DNA of 63,772 nt, counting the filler, from Chiloscyllium plagiosum (taxonomy: Eukaryota), in assembly GCF_004010195.1 (NCBI RefSeq). It is 4 parts of one record of this genome, joined end to end, with 100 filler letters (N's around TTAATTAATTAA, not from the genome) between each part and the next. Parts side by side here need not be neighbours in the genome. Positions count along the whole stretch, not along the records: positions 23,928 to 40,904 come from NC_057710.1; positions 41,005 to 58,256 come from NC_057710.1; 2 more parts are not named here. One strand, given 5' to 3'. The first letter of the stretch is position 1. Every line of letters begins with the position of its first letter. Of the stretch, positions 36,916-48,716 are shown one piece after another. The translations under genes and the position numbers were made by a program. The notes under the pieces were generated by a model that saw only the letters and a list, made by a program, of their open reading frames with translations, was not told the origin of the DNA and made no database searches.

Positions 36916-38122
36916 CCAAACAAACTTTGTTTATGAAGCCAGGTGTTAAGGCTAATAGCAGGCTGACTTTTGCTTAAAGGGATTACGACAGACACAGCAA
37001 GTCCAGAAAGGACATGGTTTTCAAACAGAAAGCAACATTTGGCTATTAATGAGGTCAGTACCTAGGAATTGGTTTTGGCAAGTCTGGAAGAGATCTTATT
37101 ATGTTGAAGCAGATGGTAGTTTTTCAATAGTAATTAAAGCCTCAGAAAAAGATGATCTGTCTATCAGGGTGGAAGCAGAATTGTTTTAAGAAAACAATGG
37201 TACCTTTTTTTTGCTTCATAACACCTGTTTAAAATGCTGGCAGAGGTTTGAGAGGGAATTTAATGGGTGTATGACTAATATTTTAAAATTAATGAGGGAA
37301 ACACGTGAGTATAAAAGCTGTGTAAGTTCAAGTGGTTTGGGATAATAGATTAGGGGATAGATTAGTAAAGAGAACAGTGTAGACATTTAAGGGAATGTCT
37401 GAGAATACTCAGAATAAAGGATATTCCTACCATAAATAATCTATTGATGACTCAAAAAACGTGGTTAACTAAAGAAGTTAGCAAAATCATCAAACTTAGG
37501 GAAAAACCACATAATTGTGCAAATATGAGTGGCAGGCCATGACATAAATTGGTAGAAGTAACAACCACACAGTCCTTATGGAGGAGAAGTCTCACTTTCA
37601 CACTGAGAATACCCTCCATCATATTGTATGGCACTATTACTGTGATAAATGGGATAGACTTTGAACAGATCTATAACTCAAGACTGGGCATCCCTGATGT
37701 ATGGTGAGCCTTCAGTGGCACCAAAGCTATACTCAACAACAATCTGCAACACACCCCTCACTCCGCCATTAACATCAAGACTGGTGAAGAAACTTAGTTT
37801 GATAATGAGTGCAGGAGGGCTTGCCAGGAGCAACACCAGGCATAATGTAAAACTAAGGTGCCTACCTAGTATAACCACCAATAATTACAAGTGATAGAGT
37901 TCAGTGATCCAACAACCAATGGATTAGATCTAAACTCTGCAGTCCTCCAACATTGAGTTGTAAATGGTGCTGGACAATAAAACAACTTTAAAACAGTTAG
38001 ACAAGAGGAGGTTCCACACATCTCTCCACCCTCAGGAGGAACCCGACACATCAGTGCAAAAGTTAAGTTTGAAGCATTTACAATAATCTTTAGCCAGAGC
38101 TACTGACTGGATGAGTCATCTT

Positions 38123-38437
38123 GATTAGATTAGATTACTTACAGTGTGGAAACAGGCCCATCAGCCCAACAAGTCCACACTGCCCCGCCGAAGCGCAACC
38201 CACCCATACCCCTACATTTACTCCTTACCTAACACTACGGACAATTTAGCATGGCCAATTCACCTAACCTGCACATCTTTGTGACTGTGGGAGGAAACCA
38301 GAGCACCCAGAGGAAACCCACACAGACACGGGGAGAACGTGCAAACTCCACACAGTCAGTCGCCTGAGGAGGGAATTGAACCTGGGTCTCTAGCGCTGTG
38401 AGGCAGCAGTGCTATCCACTGTGCCACCATGCCGCCC
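38123..38437 (-). mobile_element. HE1-type V-SINE
   Basis: Head, V-domain and (TCTAA)n tail. Confidence 0.92.
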
Positions 38438-38658
38438 ACCTGCAGAGGACTCCAGCATCAAATGAACTTTTCCCATATGACGTCAAAAAACATCCAGAGG
38501 CACTGCACAGTGAAAGCGATGTACATGACAATATTCTGGGAATAGTAATCAAAACCTGTGCTTCAGAACTTGTTGTGTCCCTAGCCAAGCTGTTCCAGTG
38601 TGCCTGCAATACTGGCATTTACCCAACATTGGAGAAAACTGCCCAGGTATGTTCTGTA

Positions 38659-38808
38659 GTCTAGGTTAGAATCGTGCTGGAAAAGCACCTTCAGTTTTGC
38701 CCGAAACATCGATTTTCCTGCTCCTCAGATGCTGCCTGACCTGCTTTGCTTTTCCAGCACCACTCTAATCTAGACTCTGATCTCCAGCATCTGCAGTCCT
38801 CACTTATG
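38659..38808 (+). mobile_element. Short Penelope-like insertion with partial inverted arm
   Basis: Perfect 16-bp TSD CCAGGTATGTTCTGTA (38643-38658 and 38809-38824). GTGCTGGAAAAGCA pairs with TGCTTTTCCAGCAC. Contains the ttttgcccGAAAcatc half-core. Confidence 0.82.
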
Positions 38809-39049
38809 CCAGGTATGTTCTGTACACAAACACAGAGCAGGACAAATCCAATCCAATAAATTAATGCCCCATCAATTTACTCTTGTTCATTAATGCGGTG
38901 GAATGTGACTTTTACAGTGCTATCCAGCAGCACCTGCTCAGCAATAACTTGCTCACTGACACCCAGTTTGGTTTCCACTGCAACCACTCAGCTCCAGGTT
39001 TCTTTTCAAGTCTTGGTACAAATTGGGATAAAAGAGCTGGACTGAACTA

Positions 39050-40430
39050 ATTAGGGGAATCATGTTTAACTGATTTATTGGAGTTCTATGAAGGAAGGGG
39101 AGTCTGTAGACATGCTGCACTTAGAATTCCAGAAGATAACTGAAATAGTGACACGTTAAAGTTTATTGGACAAAATAATAGCTCCTGAGTAATAGCCCAC
39201 AGTATTGCTGGTAACATATTAGCTTGCCTAGGAGATTTGCTGGATAACAGACAAATAAAAGTACATGCATGAATGAGTATTTTTCTGTTTGCATGATGTA
39301 ACAAGTGGAATCCCTCAGTGTCTGTGCTGGGCCCTCAACCTTTTACCATTTATACAAAAGGCTTAGATGAAGGAAGAGAAGCATGGTAGTTAAATTTGAA
39401 GATGACAATAAGATTTTGCTTCGATTCACTTGTGGGACTAGCCATTGCTGGCTAAGTAGAATTTAATGCCTGTCCCTAGTTGCCTTGAGAAGGTGCCTTC
39501 TTGAACTGCTGTAGTCCACATGCTGTAAGTCAATACACAATGCCTTTAGGGAGGGAATTCCAAGATTTTGACTCAGCAACAGTGAAGGAATGGCAATATA
39601 TTTCCAAGTCAGGATGGTGTGTGGCTTGGAGGGGAACTTGCAGGTAGTGATGTGTCCAGGTATCTGCTGTCCTTGTCCTTCTGGAAGAAAGTGGTCATGG
39701 GTTTGGAAGGTGCTGTTGAAGGAGCTTTGGTAGGATAGGTAGGAAAACATGTTGTAAAGGCAATCTGTGGATGCAAACAGATATCGGCAGGTTGAGTCAG
39801 GAAACAAAAGTATAGCAGATGCAGTACAGTTTGGGAAAGTATGAAGTTGTTTACTTTGGCAGGAAGTCTAAGAAATTAGTGTCTTACTTCAATGGAAAAT
39901 GACTTCAGAATTCTGAGGTGCAGAGGGATCTAGGTATTCCAGTGCATGAGTCACAAAAACATAGTATGTAGGCACAGCAAATAATTAAGAAGATTAATGG
40001 AACACTATCCAATATTACAAGAGGAATTGAATGTAAAAAGGAAGATGGTATGATTCAGTTTTATAGGCCATTGCTAATATCAACTCTTGAACACTGTGTG
40101 TAATTTTAGTCCTATTTAATGAAACTTTCAAAAACATCAAAGGCAATTCAGAGGAGGTTTATTTGATTAATACTTTAAATGAATGGATTGTATTATGAAG
40201 AAGAGTTGAACAGACTGGGCTTGTTTCCAATGGGGTTTTGAAGAATGAGGGGCGACTTGATTGAAATGTATAGGATTCTGAAATCTTATACGTGTTTCCA
40301 GAGTCCAAAACTAGGGATCACTGATTAAAACTCAAGGGCTGGCCTTTTTATGGCAGTGATGTGGAGTGTTTACTCTCTGTCAGAAGTTGCATGACTTTGA
40401 AACTCTCTGCTTCAGAATGTAGTAGATATC
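39050..40430 (+). mobile_element. Old CR1 RT/3' fragment with an inverted LINE 3' end at about 39415-39745
   Basis: Decayed SCLTDL.EF, G.PQ.SVLGP, FEDD and RRGDLIE motifs. Confidence 0.72.
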
Positions 40431-40431
40431 A

Positions 40432-40904
40432 CAGAGTCATAGAGTCTTAGAGATGTACAGCATGGAAACAGACCCTTCGGTCCAACCCGCCCATGCCGAC
40501 CAGATATCCCAACCCAATCTAGTCCCAGCTGACAGCACCCGGCCCATATCCCTCCAAACCCTTCCTATTCATATACCCATCCAAATGCCTCTTAAATGTT
40601 GCAATTGTAGCAGCCTCCACCACATCCTCTGGCAGCTCATTCCATACACGTACCACCCTCTGCGTGAAAAGGTTGCCCCTTAGGTCTCTTTTATGTCTTT
40701 CGCCTCTCACCCTAAACCTATGCCCTCTAGTTCTGGACTCCCCGGTCCCAGGGAAAAGACTTTGTCTATTTATCCTATCCATGCCCCTCATAATTTTGTA
40801 AACCTCTATAAGGTCACCCCTCAGCCTCTGACGCTCCAGGGAAAACAACCCAGCCTGTTCAGCCTCTCCCTGTAGCTCAGATCCTCCAACCCTGGCAACA
40901 TCCT
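40432..40904 (-). mobile_element. Young CR1 (HER1-like) 3' end, truncated by a gap
   Basis: ORF 40519..40848 LRGDLIEVYKIM...FTQRVVRVWNELP, with a (CTCTATGA)n-type tail at 40432-40452. Confidence 0.92.
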
Positions 40905-41004
40905 NNNNNNNNNNNNNNNNNNNNNNNNNNNNNNNNNNNNNNNNNNNNTTAATTAATTAANNNNNNNNNNNNNNNNNNNNNNNNNNNNNNNNNNNNNNNN
41001 NNNN
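40905..41004. other. Artificial contig spacer
   Basis: 44 N + TTAATTAATTAA + 44 N. Confidence 0.97.
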
Positions 41005-41874
41005 CTTACCCCTCCAAATTCTTGAAGGGCTGATGCCTGAAACGTTGACTCTCCTGTTCCGTGGATGCTGCCTGATCTATTGTGCTTTTCCAGTGCCACA
41101 CTTTTAGACTCCTCCTTTCATAGTCACCCCTCACACCAAAATTGTAACCACCAGAAGGTGTGAATCAAACTGTAAACTGACAGGCACCCCACTGTGATAA
41201 TGCGGGATTGTGAAATCAATCATGCAACACAAATCCTATAATCCGAGAGTGAAATAGCGAACATTTTAAAATAAACTATGGAAGTTTTCAATTTAAGAGG
41301 GAGCAAATTTAAGTTCTTTGACAGATTAACAGTTCCAATTAATTTATTTATTTTTCCTCACCATTCATGTTTACTTTTAACATTCCCAAAGGGCACTTGA
41401 TTTCTTCCAAAGGGTAACTTACTCCAAAGAGGATAAGGGCCTAGCCAAAGGATATCTTACTTCTCTAAAAATGCTTTGGTAAATTTAGATCTGATCTTGA
41501 AAGGGTCAAGCCCATAAGTCACATTTTACACTTTCTACTCCCAAAAACTGGATCTGCTTACATGAATCACATTTGCAATAGTCAACCCTCCGGTGTTTCT
41601 ACTTTCACCCAACAAAAAAAGTGGGTGCCAGGTTCAGTGCTCTGGTGTCAACTCGGCTAAATTGCACACCCACTCTATAATAATGTAAATTAAAAACAAA
41701 GTCTGTATATAGGAATTTCAAGCTTGCATCCCATAATTACCAAGATAATTTGCTATTAGTTTGTTTTATGATTCTAAAAATTGTTCGGAACAAAATTCAA
41801 GATGTTGATAGTATCAAAATCCAGGTTACCTAGTGTAGCATTAACAAGTTTATTCAAGTCTTAGAAATTCCGGG

Positions 41875-42375
41875 TTTAGCTTAGTGAAAGCATTCTTGGT
41901 TCAGTAACAAATCTGTGGGTTCAAGCCACAGTTCAATACTATAACGTTGAACCGAATCCCACATTTTATGCGGGAGAAATAAATTGTCAGAGAAAGTATC
42001 TTAAAGGCACAGCATTAAACTAAAGTCCAGTTACTTGTTCAGATAAACATTCCAGATTCAATGGCACCATCCAAAGCAAATTGAGAAAATTCTCAAGCTT
42101 CTCAGCCAAACATCACCAAAATTAGCCTAATGGATCAATATCTCAATGCTGTTCATTAGACCAGCTTAGAGGAAAAATTATCAACATGAAATGCTAACTT
42201 TGTTTCTGTGTATTGATTTCCAGCACTTTGGTGTTCCATATTTCAGATTTCCAGTGTATGCTGTATTTTGTGGGGCCTTACTTTGCACAAATGGGCTGCT
42301 TGTATTAGCCTAAAGTCACCACAAATCAAAAGTTATTCATTGGCAATGAAACATTTTGGCGTGAAATGATAAGAA
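41875..42375 (+). mobile_element. Decayed Deu-domain SINE (SacSINE1/AmnSINE-like)
   Basis: tRNA-like head (GTGGGTTCAAGCC), Deu-like AGAT.CAATGGCAC.AT, and 3' part TGCACAAATGGGCTGC...TTCATTGGC..TGAAACATTTTGG. Interrupted at about 42170-42270. Confidence 0.5.
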
Positions 42376-43409
42376 GGTACAACACAAATGATTTTTTTAA
42401 AAAATGACCTGTGCTGCAGCGATGAACACACAGTTCGTTCCTTTCTTACAATGCACAATATACTTGTGCTTTTACTTTTTATGCTTTTATCCATTTGATA
42501 AATATTGGTAGAAATTTTGTTCTGCTTCAAATGCTTCTATGACTCTATTTCTCACAGTTTCTAATAAATAGATGTGGATTACTGTGATTGAATAAACAAC
42601 TCTCAAGCCGTAGTTATTCCAGTTTCTTCTTCGTTGCAGAATTCATATTCAGTAATGCATTAAGCTAGCCCAACAGGAGGTACACACATGCTGAACAAAA
42701 CTATGGTTCTTATAATGCATGGGGCCTCATAAGATCTCACAAAACAGATTATTGTGACATACAGGAACAAAACACTACAGATGCTGGAAATCTGCAAAAA
42801 GAAACAAAAACCACTAGAAATTCTCAGCAGGTCTGGCTGCATCTGTGGACAGAAAGAGAATTAATGTTTCAGATCATGACCCTTTCACCAAACTTTTCCG
42901 ATAAATGCGTTATCATGAGATTGAAGAGAACATATTTCACCACAGCTGATCACCTTTTTTGGGGGAGCCTTACACAAAAAAAAACAAAAATGAAAATGTG
43001 CAAAGTTCAAAATCTGAAAAATGCCAAAGTCTACCAATTCTGTTACCCATATCGCCTCTTAAATTTGGCTTGTGACCTACAATTTTTTTTTCAGTAGGCA
43101 TCAGCCTTACCTTGTGTTACTCTGTTCGGAGCTCCAATATATATTTTTCCTTGCAGTTCACTACTGCACTAATTCTGTGGTCAATGAGGTTATTTCTATG
43201 TTCTTCCCTGCTCATGAACTTGCACAACAGCTGAGTCCTCTGTGCTCTCACTATTACCTGTACGTTAAATATTGGGAATATCACATAATCTCTAATCCTG
43301 CAAAGCAACATCTCAAGAGATCAGTTAGTAAATCTACCTTTCTATTTGTATTCATTTACTGTGTTTGGGTGTACATTCATCTTACAATATCAAAAAATGA
43401 TCAACTTAC

Positions 43410-43586
43410 TTTGAATATTTTGTTTGTGATGACAACAGGGGGTTCATCATTCACTGATGTAATATTAACAAAAATTGTTCGAGTCAAACTCTCTTTTCTC
43501 AGTTGGGTATCATTAATCATTATTGAGAAGTTGTCTTGGAGACTCTCGCTGTCATCATGTACATAGTAAATAAATTCATATTCAAC
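43410..43586 (-). CDS. cspg4b: CSPG4-family gene, exon 5 equivalent (absent from the ORF track)
   Basis: Manual translation gives VEYEFIYYVHDDSESLQDNFSIMINDTQLRKESLTRTIFVNITSVNDEPPVVITNKIFK, which contains the CSPG-repeat motifs YVHDDSE and VNDEPP. Acceptor TTTTAG ends at 43587 and the donor is AAA|GTAAGT. Length 177 bp, phase 0/0. Confidence 0.92.
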
Positions 43587-43851
43587 CTAAAAGGTGAAGT
43601 GGTATGTTTTTAAAAACAAATTATCAACGTTCACAGATTCTTTAAAATTTTACTCGGTCCAATGCATCTGAACAATAAATAAAATCTACACCTATCAAGT
43701 CAGAGATCAATTGTCAGTGAGAACTATATAAAGACAGTCTTATTTTACGCATCACCAGTTTACAAAGATTGTGGGAAAAATAAAGTTCAATCAACAGGAA
43801 CCCCTCCATTGGCTTTTCAGAATAAGAATAATTTAAATATTTTCAGGTTAC

Positions 43852-44325
43852 CTGTTGTCTCGTAAATGATAATAGTGAGACACCAGGAAAACGGGAGTTT
43901 TCAATATGTCCATGTTTTGGTTTTTCTGTTACTGAATATTCAAAATTAAGCTCTTTGAAGTGCAGACTTGCAACTTTTATAAAGTCCTCTGTTAGTGCCT
44001 TTGATGCACCTTCCTTGATTGTAAAGTTATGCACTTCCACTGGGATCAATTTTGGAATGATGTCAATTCGGACTAAAATTCCAGGCAGCTCTACTATCCC
44101 ATTAGTAACAGCCACAGTAAAGTTATCTTTTATCTGATTTGCACTCATTTGCACATATTGAATGCTGCCATCATTTAGATCTTGTTGTGTGAAGTACAGA
44201 ACAGGTTTATCTTCTGTTCCAACATAATATCCCTCGGCTTCAACAAAGCGACGAATATAGCCATAAGCTGGTGCAATTTTGACTTTGTAAATTATTTCAA
44301 ATGGCACGTTGTCTTCATGTATCAC
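43852..44325 (-). CDS. cspg4b: CSPG4-family gene, exon 4 equivalent
   Basis: VIHEDNVPFEIIYKVKIAPAYGYI...FTQQDLNDGSIQYVQ...PKHGHIENSRFPGVSLLSFTRQQ. Acceptor TTTCAG ends at 44326 and the donor is CAG|GTAACC. Length 474 bp, phase 0/0, in frame with the neighbouring exons. Confidence 0.92.
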
Positions 44326-45194
44326 CTGAAATAAAGAAGGGATCGTACTGAATAAAACACTCATAACTGCATTTGCAAAAGGTTACTCACTACCACCCAC
44401 TGCAGATTTAATTTTACACCCTGGAAAATTATTGACATTATTTCTGAACACCCCTGCATAATTTTCAGCTCCATTACAGAAAGTTACAAACAAGTTCACT
44501 TGCCAGCATTTTCATTGCATAAATACTAGCAGGAGTAAGACTATTTTCTTTAGTTGAGGAGTAAATTTTGAGTGTGTGTTGATTTTAAATTGGTTTCAGG
44601 ATACAATGAAAACAGTGTAACATTTCAGGCATTGTTGGAGTGCAAATTTCTTTATTACAGAGTTGCTAAGGAAGAGACAATTCTTTATTTCATACAGGAA
44701 ATAAAGACTTTTTTGGAAGAGCAAAGCAATGGCATTAGTTTTGGGTAACTAACAAATTTCTGGCACAAATATAATGAGACGACTGGCGATTCCTGTTCTG
44801 TAAACTTGTGTACTCCCAAGGCACTCCATTCTAAATCTACTAATGAGATGGGAAGCAAAGAAACCTGAAAGTTAGCGGACATTTGCTTGGAATTTAGCTT
44901 GTAAATTGACCTCTACAAGTTCAGCAGTGAAATCAAATGTCACAAAACTGCAGTTGAGAGAGGATCTGAATGATACTGTGCGAACAAAAGTCAGAAACAA
45001 AATGTGTAAGTTTGTTCTTCCATGTGTTGCCTGTCTTTTGCAGAACTGTTAGCCATCGTTTCTAATCCTGTGAAAACCTTCTTGTTTATAATGCAAGGTA
45101 GGATCTAAAGCATTGTCAAATCAAGCTACACTGAATTTGTGACTTTATTTTCTGGCCAGGAGACCCCCACCACTAATCTAGAAGAGTAAGAAGT

Positions 45195-45565
45195 GACTTA
45201 ATTTGAACATAAAAGATCCTGAGGTGTCTTGACAAGATGGATGTAAAGAGGGGAATCTAAAGCTAGCAGGTTAATATTTAGAATTAAGGGGTCACCTTAG
45301 GACAGAGATAAGCAGTAGTGTTTTCTCACGTAGGGTAGTGAGTCTTTGGAACTCCCTTCCTCAGAAGGCACTGGAGCTGGGTACTTCAACATTTTTACAG
45401 ATAAAGATAGAGGAAGAATGGATTCTTGCAAAGCAAAGGAGTGAAAGATTAATCGGGGTAGGCAGGAAGGGGGAATAATCAGATCAGTCATGATCTTATT
45501 GAGAGGGGAGGAGGCTTCAGAGACTGAGTGGCCTACTCCTGATCCTAATTTGCACATTTGCATGT
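45195..45565 (+). mobile_element. CR1 3' fragment (cspg4b intron 3)
   Basis: GTGACTTAATTTGAACATA...GTGGCCTACTCCTGATCCTAATT tail. Confidence 0.7.
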
Positions 45566-47106
45566 TACTTGGTTCAGAATTTCAGTGCAGTCATTATGAA
45601 AGCAAATGCCAGCTGCTAAAGGCAAAATACTTCAGGAAAAAATAGTAACCAGCACCATTGGAGGTTGTACTTGTATTGAGGATAGCTTTAGAAAATCCAC
45701 ATCTTCAAACGGTGACACATACCTTGCTGCAGTGTGGCCAAATAAGCAACGCTTCCAATCAGCAGCACTGCTTCGAGATACTGAGCTGTTAGAGAGCCTG
45801 AATGGTTAGCTTTAATTTTGAGGTTTCTTACAGGCAAGCTAGACATGGTACAAGTAACAGGCAGAAAACTAGAGCAGAGAGAGTCACCAGTAAAACATTC
45901 ATATCCAAGGAAAATAAATTTACCACCCTTGCCTGATCTGATCTACACGCGACTCCAGACCCACAGCAATGTGCTTGACTCTTATATACCCTCTGAAATG
46001 GCCTAGCAAGCTATTTAATTGCATCAATCTGCTACAAAGTCAAAACAACATGAGACCAGGTGGACCATTTGTGCTAGGCACTGGAAATGACAATAGCAGC
46101 ATTGTTAACTCACTAAAATGCCCCTTCCTTTTAGAGGAGGACTCGTCCTAAAACTGGGAGAGTTGGCCTACAGAATGGTCAAGCAATCACCATTTATGAC
46201 CCAGATGAGGAGAAAGTTCTTCACTAAAGGGTTGAGGATTTTTGGTATTCTCTACCTCAAGAGGACTGTAGAAGCTTGATCACTGAGTATGTTCAAGATA
46301 GAGATTAATAACTTTCTAGACATTAATGACATCAAGGGATATGGGAATAGAGAGGAAAAGGACATTGAGCTAGGTGACTAGCCATGATCTAGAATGACAA
46401 TTTGAGCAGCTGATTGCCTTACACCATTGGGACTGCAGTGGTTTCAGAGGGCAGCTCACTGCTACATTCTCATGGGTAGTTCAGGCTGGGCAACTAAAGA
46501 TGTCCCAATGAATGATGGTCACCATGAATGAATTTAAAATACTCTCTTCACTCAGTATTTAAAATGTGGAAATAGGGGCATTTAAGGGCATGTTAGATAA
46601 ATGCATGAGAGAATGAACAGGGTTGAAAGTGTGAGAAACAATAAAGCAGGATGGCACTTGTTTAACCCAAATCTCCTGGTCCTGTGCTCTAAATTCTTTG
46701 CACAACAACCTTTTCCTGTTTATAGAACAATACCCTTTAATAACACCAGAGCAGCATAGCTAGAAGCAACTCACAGCCACAGGTTTAGTGAAAACCAAGA
46801 ACAGGAATAATGATTCACTGTGCAAGGAGGAACTCACACAGATCCCTATAAAAGCCACATTAGTACAAACACAATAAAATCATGCACTCTACAAGAATGG
46901 AGTAAATTGGAAGGAGGAAGGCAAATAAGTTAAAGAAAGATCTGGCATTTTGTTTTAGAACTGCATGCAGCTGATGGCAGCGGTGTTTTAAAAACAAATC
47001 CTCACTGGCTACAGAGTCAATATGCAATATTGAATAACTAACTCCAGATCAACACCCAATGGAATGAAACAATAGTGAATTCATCAAAAAAGCAGCTGAA
47101 AAAAAA

Positions 47107-47239
47107 TGATTTGGAGATGCCGGTGTTGGACTAGGGTTAACAAAAGTTAAAAATCACACAACATCAGGATATAATCGAACAGGTTTAATTGGAAGCACTA
47201 GCTTTCAAAGAGTTGCTCCTTCATCAGGTGGTTGTGGAG
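47107..47239 (-). mobile_element. Penelope-like PLTR 3' fragment (same family as 19848 and 58666)
   Basis: Reverse complement of ...CCTGTT.GA.TATA.CCTG.TGTTGTGTGATTTTTAACTTT...CCAACACCGGCATCTCCAAATC. Confidence 0.8.
47196..47230 (-). ncRNA. Minimal hammerhead ribozyme-like motif, sense to cspg4b intron 3
   Basis: Minus strand cac CTGATGA aggagcaactcttt GAAA g CTA gtg. Intact core, stem I CAC/GTG, palindromic AGCT stem III, weakened stem II. Confidence 0.55.
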
Positions 47240-48132
47240 TTAGGTCTAGATGGTCCACCTGGATCTTTAAAGGCTTTTTGTCCACACAGCTACCATTTTC
47301 CAGCTTTCTAGCCACCATCAGTAGCTCTGGTCTATGCTCTCCATGGCTGTAACTCCTCAGTGCATCAATTTATCAGTCTGGAACTCAGTCTCAGTTCTGG
47401 GCTATTGCCTTGCGCTCTCTCATTTTCAATGAGGGTCCTCTGACTGGGAGACATTTTGACGTTTATCTGGCTAGGTATCCAGCAGCTGCATACTGGTTAC
47501 AGTGCCCCTTCCTGGTTCCCAGGCCAACATCCAGCTGCCCTACACACAGGTGCTGGAGCTTGCTAAATTGGTCCTTTCATCATGGACTTTGGTCCAGCCC
47601 TCCACTTGCCAAACATACTGCTCCCTGCAGGGAGATGCTCGAAAAAGCCAACCACTCCCCTGCTCTATGCTCTCCTCCCACTGTGACTACCTGCTATCAG
47701 AGGCAGCACTTCGCAACATGATTCCCTGCTTTAGAATGGTTGTGTTGAACGTATCACACGGTGACCGCTTACTGAGCAAGGTTGGTTGAGCAGTGACGGT
47801 CTGCATATTTGAGTCCACAGTGGTGATTGGATCGCCTCCTCCTAGTCCTCAGGAGATGGTCTCGCAGGGACCAGAAAACGGGCAGGTCAATCAGATCCCT
47901 TTTTCTATCTTTCACCAGTGATTGGTATTAGTTGGAATAGTTCAAACATCAATCACAAAACCTGGGCCATTCTTATAAACATTACTAAGATAATACTTTA
48001 CATGGTCCGAGTCAGGCAAAGAACGTACATTTGAAGTTAGTTGCGGTAAATGGAGAACACAATATCAAGAAATTCTTCTCCACTCAAAGGGCAACCCATC
48101 TATGGACTAGATTTCCTGTACAATGTTATACA

Positions 48133-48245
48133 TGGGCTCTTGTGGCACATATGTAGTATCCCTGCATCTGAACAGGGAGGATTAGGCTCAAGTCCCACTT
48201 ATTTCAAAGGTGTATAATACCACTGAACGTTTTGGTTAGAAATTA
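48133..48245 (+). mobile_element. Short tRNA-derived SINE
   Basis: GGGCTCTTGTGGCAC...GTAGTATCCCT...GGCTCAAGTCCCAC (B-box-like), related to 34057-34150. Confidence 0.5.
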
Positions 48246-48263
48246 TTTAGGTGCAAAATTCTG

Positions 48264-48619
48264 GAGTCATAGAATCCCTACAGTGTGGAAACAGGCCCTT
48301 TGGCCCAACAAGTCCACACTGACCCTCTGAAGAATAATCCACCCAGACCCATTCCCCTGCACTATTACTCTACATTTACTCCTGACTAATGCATCTAACC
48401 TACACATCCCTGAACACACTATGGGCAATTTAGCATGGCAAATTCACCTAACTGGCACATCTTTGGATTGTGAGAGGAAACCGGAGCACCCAGGGGAAAC
48501 CCATGCAGACATGGGAGAACGTACAAACTCATCACAGTCAGTCATCCCAGCTGGAATTGAACCCAGGTCCCTGGCGATATGAGGCAGCAGTGTTAACCAC
48601 TGAGGCACCGTGCCGCCCC
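48264..48619 (-). mobile_element. HE1-type V-SINE
   Basis: Head, V-domain and tail. Confidence 0.9.
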
Positions 48620-48716
48620 CATCAAGTGAAGAGAAACATGATGCTGTACTGGGAAAGCACTAAGTATCTCTTTGGCTGGATGATTTTAAATTAATTGAAT
48701 CACCTTTGGCAGACCT

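Larger units (their letters stand above)
37560..39045 (+). mobile_element. Decayed LINE ORF2 fragment (non-HER1) with nested HE1 and Penelope-like insertions
   Basis: DNILGIVIKTCASELVVSLAKLFQ...TGIYPT..K.AQV and QFGF motifs. The sequence resumes after each insertion. Confidence 0.65.

Noticed and set aside
43111..43257. Possible cspg4b exon 6 (minus-strand CAG acceptor and AAG|GTAAGG donor)
   Set aside because: In-frame stop in phase 0 and no CSPG-repeat similarity. At most a cryptic exon.
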